A DNA stretch of 63,418 nt, the filler included, from Reclinomonas americana ATCC 50394 (lineage: Eukaryota): the NCBI GenBank assembly GCA_048213135.1. It is 7 parts of 3 records of this genome, joined end to end, with 100 filler letters (N's around TTAATTAATTAA, not from the genome) between each part and the next. Parts side by side here need not be neighbours in the genome. Positions count along the whole stretch, not along the records: positions 51,286 to 63,418 come from PS015708.1; 6 more parts are not named here. One strand, written 5' to 3'. Made by a program: the position numbers and the translations under genes. The notes beneath the pieces are model-generated. The model saw only the letters and a program-made list of their open reading frames with translations, was not told where the DNA came from and ran no database searches. Shown here piece after piece: positions 52,233 to 63,418 of this stretch; within the stretch, counting starts at the first letter, position 1; each line of letters opens with the position of its first letter.

Positions 52233-55200
52233 TCATGACAAGGACTCCGCGTACAACCCATCCGGAAAGCGCCTCATCAGCGTCTGCGCATGCTCCAGAT
52301 CGTTCACACGATGGATGCTCACCGAATCATCGGTGGTCGGCTCGAGAAAGGCCGTTCGCACGTGGTCGACCTCGTGGAGGCGCATGTCGGAGGCGAAGTG
52401 GATCGGCAGTCCAGACTTGACAAAGTAATGTGGGAAGCCGCAGTCCTCGCTCCCCACACGGTTGATCGCCGAAATGGAGGTGGTGCGTCGCAGAAACTCC
52501 ACCAGATCCCACGACACAAAGTAGGCGGCGCCGAGTGGGCACTCGAAGATTTGCATATCACGCGAGGTCACAAAGCCCTGTCCCCACAACAGTCGCTCGC
52601 GCGGCAGTCGTCGCAGCTCGCGCTCAAATAGCACTGGGCGCGAGAACACGTCCATGTCCACACGGCCGACGTAGCGCAGTGTCTTGCGATGTCCATACAC
52701 GTCGTGCGCAAACGCTTGCCACTCCTTGTTCTTGCCCTGCCGGCAACTGTCGCGCACGTCCATGAACGCAATGTCACCGTGTGTCGAGTACTCCTCGTGC
52801 AGCTGCCGCAGATGCGTGGCAGTGGAGAAGCGTGGCCGACCAGTCACGAAAATCACTTGCACCGTGCCGTTCGGGTTGTGCTGCGGGTGATACACGTTGC
52901 GGTAGCGCATCCATGTCTGTCGTGCGCGCTCACGAGCTACAAAGTCCACGTCAGTGCACCAGGCGCCGACGAGAATGCGCACACGCGGACCGAGTGGTGG
53001 AGGTGGGTGGGCGCGCACAAAGCGCGAGCCGAATATAATGCGCTCGACCAGCGGCGGCTCATTGCGGCCCGAGTTCATCTGGAAGCCGTGCAGCAATGGT
53101 GCGATACTCGGCAGGGCGCGCCTGTATCGCCAACGTTCGTACGGACCCGGCAAGCGCAGCGAGACATGCTCGTCGACGTCGCCCGACCACTCGGGTGGTT
53201 GCGGGAGTGGTGTTGCGGGGAGGAAGCGCTCGTACACGGTGGAGGGTGGCTGTGTGAGATGGAAGGAGAAAAGAGAGAGAGAGGGAAATGAGGTCAAGGA
53301 GTTCCTTCCCATATGCCGAGCAATTGCAAACACGCCTTCTGTCTCTCATTCTCGCTCTCGTTCTCTTTTTTTGGTCTGTTTGTGCATGTGCTGTTTGTCT
53401 GTCTTTCCCTCTCTCTCTCCTCGCTCCCCAACTCTCTCTTCTCCTTCTTCCTCACCCCTCCCTCCCTCTCTCTCTTTCTACACACGCACCACAAAGAACC
53501 ACGCGATGAGCTGTGCGCACAAACGCCCACAAGAGTAAGAATGCAAGAACGACACGAGCAATGCAGCACTTGATATGAGTTCTCCACCTCGGGTTCACGC
53601 ACGCAGCGCTCGGCCGCGGCTCGAACAAGCGCCGGCTCATCAAGATCCTTCTTGATGCGATTCCAGTACGGATGCCGATCACCGACGCAGAACGACGGCA
53701 GTTCGTCCGGCAGCGGTCCACCTGGAGAAGAAACAAATTGAGCAAGGCTCCAAGACAGCGGAACAAGAAGAAATGAGAGCGCACCAGGAACGGCGACTCC
53801 AGGCACCGCAAATGCGTAGTACGTTTTGGGAATGGAGGGGCCTTCTAAGGGAATGCTGAATCCCTTGCGCAGGTACTCGATGCGCGACAAGCGAAAGTCC
53901 ACTGGCTTGGGCTGCGCGCACAGAGCGTGAGTGGAGAGGGTGAAGGAGCGACGAGTGGGAGACGACGGGAACCTCTGGCATGTTCCGTTCCAACTGCACG
54001 CGCATGGCCAATTCCATGGCCGGCACGAACACCGTCTCCAGCTCTTGCACTCTGGCAAACTCCTCGGCTGCGCGCATCGATCAGCAGGAGGCACTCACCA
54101 AATGAGACGAGAGAGCGGCAGTTCACCGATGAGGCGCACGTCAGAGCCGTCGACAGCGACCGACAACAAGTGCACGCGTCCACGAAGCACGAGACCGACA
54201 CGGCGTCGTGGAGAAGACGACAGCTGCATGAGTGAAGCGGGCTGTAAAACAGGTGATGTGAGCTGCAAGGGAACGAGAAAAGGGGAGAAGGAGGCCAAGG
54301 AGGAAGAGAAGGACGAGGATGAGGAGGAGGAGGAGAAGAAGAAGAAGAAGGAGGAGGAAGAGAAGGAGAAGGACGGGAGGAGGAGATTCAGGAGGAAGCA
54401 GAGCCAAGGCAGCAGGAGACCAAGGAGAAGAAGAAGAACGAAGATGATAAGAACACGAACAGCAAGCAGAGAACTCGGATGAAGCAGAAACAAGGCAGGA
54501 GGAGATGACGGAGAAGAAGTAGAAGGAAGATGCAGAGAACACGAACAGCAAGAAGAGAACGTAGAGGGAGGAGAGCAAGGGAAGGAGAAGCTGAAGAGCA
54601 CACGAACAGAGGAGGAAGGAGATCGAGGACGAGGACAGGTGCAGGAGTGCGTGATGCTGCGACTCACCACTCGCTCCACCGTCGTGAAGGGCAAGAAACG
54701 CGGACTGGAGTGCGCCCACAGTCCCTTCTCCAGCAGCGCATGCTGAACCAACTCCATCACCAGCTCAGCGTAGACGGTCTCTTTCAGAGGGCCAAGTGAT
54801 GACTCGACTGCGACAAGAGCATCATGAGCGACGATGACAAGAGAGAGAGAACAGTCACCTCTCCCTCGCCTCCTCTCCTCTCTCTCTCTCTCTCCTCTCT
54901 CTCTCTCGTCGTACGTCTCNNNNNNNNNNNNNNNNNNNNNNNNNNNNNNNNNNNNNNNNNNNNNNNNNNNNNNNNNNNNNNNNNNNNNNNNNNNNNNNNN
55001 NNNNNNNNNNNNNNNNNNNNNNNNNNNNNNNNNNNNNNNNNNNNNNNNNNNNNNNNNNNNNNNNNNNNNNNNNNNNNNNNNNNNNNNNNNNNNNNNNNNN
55101 NNNNNNNNNNNNNNNNNNNNNNNNNNNNNNNNNNNNNNNNNNNNNNNNNNNNNNNNNNNNNNNNNNNNNNNNNNNNNNNNNNNNNNNNNNNNNNNNNNNN

Positions 55201-55798
55201 NNNNNNNNNNNNNNNNNNNNNNNNNNNNNNNNNNNNNNNNNNNNNNNNNNNNNNNNNNNNNNNNNNNNNNNNNNNNNNNNNNNNNNNNNNNNNNNNNNNN
55301 NNNNNNNNNNNNNNNNNNNNNNNNNNNNNNNNNNNNNNNNNNNNNNNNNNNNNNNNNNNNNNNNNNNNNNNNNNNNNNNNNNNNNNNNNNNNNNNNNNNN
55401 NNNNNNNNNNNNNNNNNNNNNNNNNNNNNNNNNNNNNNNNNNNNNNNNNNNNNNNNNNNNNNNNNNNNNNNNNNNNNNNNNNNNNNNNNNNNNNNNNNNN
55501 NNNNNNNNNNNNNNNNNNNNNNNNNNNNNNNNNNNNNNNNNNNNNNNNNNNNNNNNNNNNNNNNNNNNNNNNNNNNNNNNNNNNNNNNNNNNNNNNNNNN
55601 NNNNNNNNNNNNNNNNNNNNNNNNNNNNNNNNNNNNNNNNNNNNNNNNNNNNNNNNNNNNNNNNNNNNNNNNNNNNNNNNNNNNNNNNNNNNNNNNNNNN
55701 NNNNNNNGTCGTCGTCGTCGTCGTCCTCGTTCGTTCTCGTCGTCGTACGTCGTACTACTCCGTCGTCCGTCCGTACGACCGTCGACCTCCTCCTCCTC

Positions 55799-55855
<57 letters not shown>

Positions 55856-56319
55856 GTGTGTCCCTTATTACTTGTCTCGCGATCGTTTTATTTCACTCTC
55901 TCACTGCCTCCCTCGTTCTCTCTCTCTCTCTCTGCGTGTGTGTCTCTTGTTACTTGTCTCGATCATTCACTCTCTCACAGTCTCACTCCCTCGCTCTCTC
56001 TCTCTCTCTCGTACACATGCACACTTTCCCGCGCTCTCTTCAATCTCTCTCTCTCTCTCTCCCTTTGCAGACACTCACCCGCTTGCTTGATGGTCTTGAT
56101 GGCGGGGTCCTCCCATGACACCGTCACAGGCAGCTCCACGCGCTTCTTGTTGCCCAACTTGTAATCAACGGTCAACTCGCGAATACCTAGTCGACGCGCC
56201 TCGGCCAGTTCATCGAAAACCGGCGGTACAGCGGCCACACTGAATGAGGCTGTGACAATGACAAGGAGGAGAGGGAGAAGGAGGAGGAGCAGGAGAGGGA
56301 GGTGTGCCCGGGGAAGCAT
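52233..56319 (-). CDS. GT31-like glycosyltransferase, tandem copy 3 (spliced)
   Basis: Same architecture. 5' exons are diverged (MLPRAHLPLLLL...WEDPAIKTIKQA) while the catalytic exon is very similar to copies 1 and 2. Confidence 0.8.
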
Positions 56320-56686
56320 GCGACACAAACTCAAAATCTGAACCGAACAACAGTCGACCGGTATTTCATTCTCGGCGTGCATCAACGAGTCGATCGCGAG
56401 AACTGCGCGACGGGGAATACCGCGATGGCAATGGCAAGGAGATGGAGTAGGAGGAGGACGAGGAGGGGAGAAGTGTGGCGCAGACATATCGATTGTAAGC
56501 GAACGAAAGCATCCGGATCCGGCTGAATGACATCGCAGACTCGACAAGCCTCTCCGTGTTGTCTCGTGTCACCTGCGCGGCTATGTACTTCTGTTCCTTC
56601 CCGCACAGGATTGGTCAAGAGAATACAACACCAATACCCTGCTTTCCGAAGCCGCATCACTCTTTTACACATTCGTCCCTCTTGCC

Positions 56687-58867
56687 TCATCTCCCGCAAC
56701 ACTTCTTCCTCGGTCCCTTCTCTCCCTCCTGATCCACGCCACTACCTTCGCCCTCGACTTTCTTCGGCGACGTCAACTGAAACGCTTCGACCGACGACTC
56801 GTCAAACGGGGGCGGTGGCATCTCCTGCAACACCTGCGCCACCTCCATCACCACCTGCCGCACGAGACTGCCGCCGTCCGCAAGTGCCGACACACATCCA
56901 CTGCACATGACGTAACGGCAACGGTGAGTGAGTGAATGTCGCACTGTCTTGTTTCACACTCGTGCGTGACGCAACAGCGACGTTACGTGGTATTGTTGAC
57001 ACCACTCGCTTTCGTATGTGCAATCGACTTGCACGCGATCAGCCAGGTCGGCCTTGTTGCCCAGTAGCCAGAACGGAAGCTGGCGTCCGTTGTTTCGCGT
57101 GCGCGAGGCCACCTCCACACTCTTCTTGAGGTGTGTGAGCAGCTGCGGGAGGGAAAGTGAGGAACGAGGGGAGAGGAAGCGGTGTAAATGAAAAATCAGC
57201 CGACTCACGTCGAAAGAGCGAAAGTCAGTGACGTCGTACATCAGCAGGCAGCCGTGGACACCGCGCACAAAGCTCTGCAACATGGTGTTGCGGAGGCGGA
57301 CGTCGCCGGCCGTGTCGATGAGCTGTGTGATGGAACACGGAGGTGAGGACAGTGATTTTGAAGGCGACAGTGTGAGTGTGTGAGAGAGAGGCAGGGCAGA
57401 AAGGGTGCGCACTGGTGGAGAGAGAGAGAGAGTACAATCAAGATGGAAAGGCGCAGAAACGGAGAACACGTACAAGATAAGCAGGCAGAAGGCGAGAGCG
57501 AACTCGAGCGAAGAACCATGTCTTCTCTTATTCAGTGAGAAGAGGAACGAAAGAAAGAGGAAGGGAAGGACAGACAAAAGAGTAAGAAAAAGAGTGACAG
57601 AGAGGGACTGATTTTGCCACCGGCATGTGAGACTACAGAAGGCAACTAGGCATTGTGTCAGCGCTTTCTGAGAGAATGCAGCTCAACCATCTCTGGTATT
57701 GCTGGTGCACACACCTGCACGCTGGCGTACTGGCCGCCGGGAAACTTCACAAAGAGATTGGCGATTTCCACTGTGTGGCAACAAAAAAAAAACACGTCAG
57801 CCAACGCGAGCGCGGTGAGGCACCAAGCAGCAATTCACGAAACTGGCCACTGTTGGCCGTGTGTTTGCCAGCACAACTTCATTGCGCAGCTCTTGATACT
57901 GGCGGGCCAGCGTGGTTTTGCCGACTGCACACGCGCACAGCACAGTCAGGAACAGGAGGAGACACTGCATACTTCTTGCCCGTCCGCATGTCCTCTTTCT
58001 CAAAACCACTCTTCACAGTGTGCAACCATTCTGCTGCTCTTCCCTCACAACTGTCACGCATGCCCATGTTCTCTCACCTGTCACATCGCCAACCACGAGA
58101 ATCTTGATTACCCTCATGGATTGCTCCACAGGCACTGGTATCTGCGCCCGCGTGGTGTAAAACTCGAAGCGATTCCCACCAGTCAGCGGTCGAGCCACAG
58201 CTCTCTTGGGCATCAGCGGCCCTGAACGATTCGACAGCCTCTTGGCGCCGCCCCACACGCCCACGTCTCCGACTCGCAGCGTCACGTCGTACGGTTCGTA
58301 AAACAAAATGTACGTGTCGCGTAGGCGATCTTGCACGCGCGACTCGGAGGCCTGTGTGAAAATGGAAAGTTTGCACTTGTTGCACTCCCAGCTGCAACGT
58401 TCTCTTCGTTCTATTCCAAATGAATGGCGCAGGACAATGCTTCTCCTGATCCTGCCTCTCTCGTAGACCAGGCCAGTAGAGGAGAAAGAGCAACAGCAGC
58501 ACAAGGAGAAGGACGAGAAGAACAAGAAAGGATAAGAAAGAAGAGCAGCAGCAGCAACAATAACAACGACAACAACATCCAGAGGAAACGGAAGTGGAAG
58601 AGGAATTGGATGTAGAAGAGAAATGAGAACGAAATCAGCAACACAACAACACAAGCACAGCAGCAACGACACATAGGAAGAAAAAAGGAGAACGAGAAAA
58701 AAACAACCACCAAACCACAGCAACAAGAACTCGAAGGAGAGACGGAGAAGGAGAAAGGAATAGCAATGACAATATCACCAGCGCAGCACCAAGCACTATA
58801 ACAACCACAACCACAAAAGCAACAACATCGACCTGACATAACAGCAACAAGAACAACCGAAACGGTG

Positions 58868-58921
<54 letters not shown>

Positions 58922-61069
58922 GAAGGGACACGACGGAGAGAAGGAAAAGAAGAGTACGACGACAAAGAACAGCATTCACATTACCTACAGAGCGAAAAAA
59001 ACAACAACCACGACAGCGACAAGAATAATGAAAAGAAGAAAACGGAGAACGAGAACAGCGAACCAAAATCCACAATTGCACAACAACACCAACACAACAA
59101 CAAGAACACAAAGGAGAGATGGAGAAGAAGAAAAGAATAGCATGCATTATCAAACATCATCAACGCAGCACCAACCACAATACTACAAAAGCAACAACAA
59201 CTCCACCAGCAACAAGGACAACCGAAACAACAAGAAACAATAACGATGATAATGACAACGACATAAAACAACAACAACAACAACAGCAACAACAACAACA
59301 ACAGAAGTGACACGAAGGAGAGAAGGAGAAAAAGAGTACGACGACGAAGAACAGCATTCACATTACCACCAGAGCGAAAAATAGCAACAACCACGACAGC
59401 GACAAGAACAATGAAAAGAAGAAAACGGAGAACGAGAACAGCGAACCAAAAAAACCACAATCACCCAACAGCACCAACACAGCAACGAGAACACAAAGGA
59501 GAGATGGCGAAGAAGAAAGGAAAAGCATCATCAACATCACCAGCGCGAGCACAATGCCACAAAAGCAACAACACTGACAGCAACAAAGACGACCGAAACA
59601 ACAAGAAGCAACAACAACAAGAACACGAAGGAGAAAAAGAGAAGATGAGGAGTATGACGCCGAAGAACAGCAACAGCAACCACATTAACATTACATCCAT
59701 CGCAATAACAGCAACAACCACGAAAGCGACAAGAACAATGAAAAAAGAAGGAAAATGGAGAAGACTACTTTCCCTCCCCTTCCCCTTTCCCACTTTCCCC
59801 CCCCCCCCTCTCTCGCGCACTCGCGCCCACGCTCACGCGNNNNNNNNNNNNNNNNNNNNNNNNNNNNNNNNNNNNNNNNNNNNNNNNNNNNNNNNNNNNN
59901 NNNNNNNNNNNNNNNNNNNNNNNNNNNNNNNNNNNNNNNNNNNNNNNNNNNNNNNNNNNNNNNNNNNNNNNNNNNNNNNNNNNNNNNNNNNNNNNNNNNN
60001 NNNNNNNNNNNNNNNNNNNNNNNNNNNNNNNNNNNNNNNNNNNNNNNNNNNNNNNNNNNNNNNNNNNNNNNNNNNNNNNNNNNNNNNNNNNNNNNNNNNN
60101 NNNNNNNNNNNNNNNNNNNNNNNNNNNNNNNNNNNNNNNNNNNNNNNNNNNNNNNNNNNNNNNNNNNNNNNNNNNNNNNNNNNNNNNNNNNNNNNNNNNN
60201 NNNNNNNNNNNNNNNNNNNNNNNNNNNNNNNNNNNNNNNNNNNNNNNNNNNNNNNNNNNNNNNNNNNNNNNNNNNNNNNNNNNNNNNNNNNNNNNNNNNN
60301 NNNNNNNNNNNNNNNNNNNNNNNNNNNNNNNNNNNNNNNNNNNNNNNNNNNNNNNNNNNNNNNNNNNNNNNNNNNNNNNNNNNNNNNNNNNNNNNNNNNN
60401 NNNNNNNNNNNNNNNNNNNNNNNNNNNNNNNNNNNNNNNNNNNNNNNNNNNNNNNNNNNNNNNNNNNNNNNNNNNNNNNNNNNACGAAACGAACGAACGA
60501 ACGAAACGAAACGAACGAAAGAAAGAAAGAAGAACGTACGACTACTCCTCCCTCCTCCCTCCCCCCCCTCCCCCCCCCTTCCCCCTTTTCTTTCCCGTTG
60601 CGCACCTGCGTGCACGACCGCCCGCCTGGCGGCGGATCATCCTCAAACACCAACCACACCGACCCGTCACACCCCGGTTGGTAGACCAGCGTGGAGTACC
60701 GTCCAATCTCTGGACTGCCACCGTCGTGGCAAATGGCCGCCTTGAGCTCCCATCGAAGGTAGCGAATGTCATCGTCCTTGACGGCAGCGCTCGTATCAAA
60801 GAACCGCTGCGTGTGCGTGTGCTCAGTCAACGTGCAAGGGTAGCGCTTCTCAAGAAGATTGCTCACCCTCAAATCCAACGTCACCGGCAACGACACGGAC
60901 TTGTCCGCACGTCCGGCCTCAGCTGTTCGCTCGCGGCGCAACATCAGGCGCACCGGCGAGTACGGATCCAGCAAGTATCGCTGACCACGAGGCGAGCCTT
61001 GTCGGAGAGCACTGCGGAAGCAACGTTGTCAACAGCAACATATTTGAAACTGATTTCCTCGCCCTCTCT

Positions 61070-61106
<37 letters not shown>

Positions 61107-63005
61107 CTCTCGCTCTCCCTTTCTCTCTTTCCCTCTCTCTCGAGCAAGTCTATCGTACCTTTTGCTTGTCGTTCTTTGTTGATCTCTCGCTCTCTCTTTC
61201 CCCCTCATCACACTCACCGCTCCACCAACTCCTCCAGCTGCACATCCGGTTCTCTCTTTGTTCGGTAATGGACGTCGTCGCAGCTGTCGGCCAGTGCAAG
61301 CGGGTTCTCTTCGTCCTCGCCCTCCACCGCACCTCCTCGTCCCGTCGTCGGAACCACCACCTCCAAGAAGTACATGCTTTCCAGTTCGACGGCCTCCGTC
61401 GCTGCTGCTGATGCCGACGGTGCCACACGCAGAGTCAGCACGTCCCTGTTCACAGTACATGACCAATGCAAAAAATGTTTTCAGCGTGCGCAACGCGCAT
61501 AAGGTTGTTGTACGATTCCCCTCCATATTCTCTCCTAAAACCCCCCCTCTCCTCTTCCCCTCCTCGTACGCAACGCTCCCGTGGTGCTGAGCAGAAAGCA
61601 GAGAAAGCTGTGGGCATCCTGGTTGGCCAGATTCACCGTATCCGCGCTCTTCGGCACCGCCCAGCCGCACTCCAAGCAGGCCTGTCGCACCGACTCTGCA
61701 TGCGCCGTGGTCACTTGCAAGCCGTGTCGCAGGGCGTCGAGATATTCCTTGACGGCAGAACGCAGGCGATCGCTGGCGAGACCGGGAATCAGTAAACACC
61801 AACAACAGCGACAACAAGTCACAACTCTTATGAATTTACCGTTTTGTGCGGTCGACCTTGACGGCTGCCGACAAGCTCATGAGCTGGTGCGAGCCGAGCA
61901 GAGCGCTGCGGTTGGCCTCGTGGCGCTGTTGCTGGACGACAAGCAAAGAGAGAGAGAGCAAATGAATACCACTTTGCATGCCGTTGACTTGTGTTTGCTC
62001 GCTTCCCACCGTCATCACCCTGCATCTTTCCTCTCTTGTCTCTCAAGATGTGAGAAAGAAAGAGGAAGCATGAAGAGGACAGGCAAGAGAAAGATGAAGA
62101 TCGCGTTATGTGTGAGAGAGACAGCCTCTCCACATTCCTCAGTACACTATCATGAGCCTCTCTCTCACACGCATACGCTCACTCCCTTTGGCTTTCTCAA
62201 TCCTCAGTGACGCTCTCAGCAACGTTTGTGACCATCTCTTCCCTCTTAGTCTCCCTCCCTCACTCCCTCCTCCATCCCTCCCTCACTCCCTTTCGTCTCT
62301 CTCTCCCCCTTTCTCCGTCTCTCCCTCTCTCTCCTTCTCCCTCTCTCTCCTCCTTCTCCTCTCTCTCTCTCCTTCCCCCTCCCTCCATCCCTCTCTCTCG
62401 CTCGCTCACTCACTCCGTCTGACTTTCTCAATCCTCAGACGCTCTCAGCAACGTTTGTGACCATCTCTTCTCTTTCTCTCCCTCTTTCTCCCTCTCCTTC
62501 TCTCTCTCCCTCTCCGTCTCTCCCTATCCGTTTCCCTCTCCTTCTCTCTCTCCCTCCCTCCCTCTCCCTCTCTTTCTCTCCCTTTTCCCTCTCCCTTCTC
62601 CCTCTCCTTCTCTCCCTCTCCCTTCTCCTTCTCTCCACTCACATTATCACTCGCTCCACTGCCTCCTCCGCCTCCCTGCTGCTGCTCCTGCGCGCCACTG
62701 GCCAGCCTCGTCATGGCCTCGTGAAAGCACGAGGCCACAAAGAGCGCCGACAGACTCGCATGCAGAAACGAGGCCGACTGTGACGGGTGGTCGGTGGGCG
62801 GGTCCACTCGCACGTGCAACAGCGGATTCAGCACCACCTCGTCGCGGAACGACATGGTAATCTTTTCTCGCGCCACACACGAAAATCAGTCGCAACGTTC
62901 CAATTTTGCTTATGTAGACAGACAAAGGGTGAGAAAGTCGCGCGCCACACCGATTTCACGTGACAGACTCACTGGTCGTCTCAGCGCGTGCTCCAAGCCC
63001 CGCAT
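56687..63005 (-). CDS. Fusion protein: degenerate USP (peptidase C19-like) domain plus C-terminal Rab-like small GTPase with CCXX end (spliced)
   Basis: USP boxes: MRGLEHALRRP|SASFLHASLSALF, NQDAHSFLCFLL, VRLMLRR..KSVSLPVTLDL, WELKAAICHDGGSPEIGRY, WLVFEDD..Q|ASESRVQDRLRDTYILFYE. The same exon continues to IKILVVGDVT|VGKTT, then LIDTAGD, GCLLMYDVT, LLGNKADL and RKKCCGR*. Confidence 0.82.
58540..59750. repeat. (AAC)n-rich degenerate tandem duplications inside a long intron
   Basis: Pure AAC run at 58868-58921. Block 58950-59100 is repeated at about 59335-59460. Confidence 0.8.
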
Positions 63006-63213
63006 TTCCCACGCAGCAGAAATTCCGCGGCGAGGCTCCCCTGATGCCAATTCAGAAAAACGCAATGTGTCATTCCCTCCCTCTATGTAGACATCGACGT
63101 CGTGATTGTCGTAAGGTGTTGTATACAGGGTTACACTAACGCACAGTCATCAATCGCTCTGGTCTTCCTTCTTCTTCTTCTCCCTCCCCACTGTCCTCTT
63201 CTTTCTCTCTCTC

Positions 63214-63361
63214 TCAATCGTCCTCTTCATCCTCATCAATGACCATTCCGCCTCCGTACTCCTCGTCTGTATCCTCATCGTCGTCAATCTCCTCGTCTTC
63301 CCTTAGCGCATTCGCCGCCGAGGCCACCGCCACAGCTGCTTTCCGTGCCGCAGCGCGTCCA
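63214..63361 (-). CDS. Last exon of an upstream gene with an acidic C-terminus
   Basis: Acceptor ttgcag, then GRAAARKAAVAVASAANALREDEEIDDDEDTDEEYGGGMVIDEDEEDD*. Confidence 0.55.
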
Positions 63362-63418
63362 CTGCAATAAAACGAAGAATAAGAAACTGAAAAATAGATG
63401 GTGCGGGTAAAAGGAAAA

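Noticed and set aside
58411..59820. Poly-V, poly-L, poly-C, poly-T and poly-Q ORFs
   Set aside because: Translations of intronic AAC-rich simple repeats.

Overview
Intron-rich eukaryotic (probably protist) draft scaffold with many N gaps and artificial TTAATTAATTAA spacers. The ORF track misses most genes, so I assembled exons by hand from GT..AG junctions and reading phase. Family calls come from recalled motifs, not database searches. Contents in order: a giant type-I membrane protein with NHL propellers and a 315-bp FN3-like tandem array (1320-15469, +); a TBC1D5-like gene; a Cys-rich multi-TM protein; an ADP/ATP translocase; an NCKAP1-like C-terminal region next to a USP25/28-like deubiquitinase; a truncated CXIP4/SREK1IP1-like gene; a second giant FN3 membrane protein (28992-37095, -); two tandem micro-exon genes for a c-type-lysozyme-like secreted protein; three tandem GT31-like glycosyltransferases; and one spliced gene that fuses an apparently inactive USP domain to a prenylated Rab-like GTPase (56687-63005, -). 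The pseudo-USP-Rab fusion and the micro-exon lysozymes are the strongest novelty candidates.
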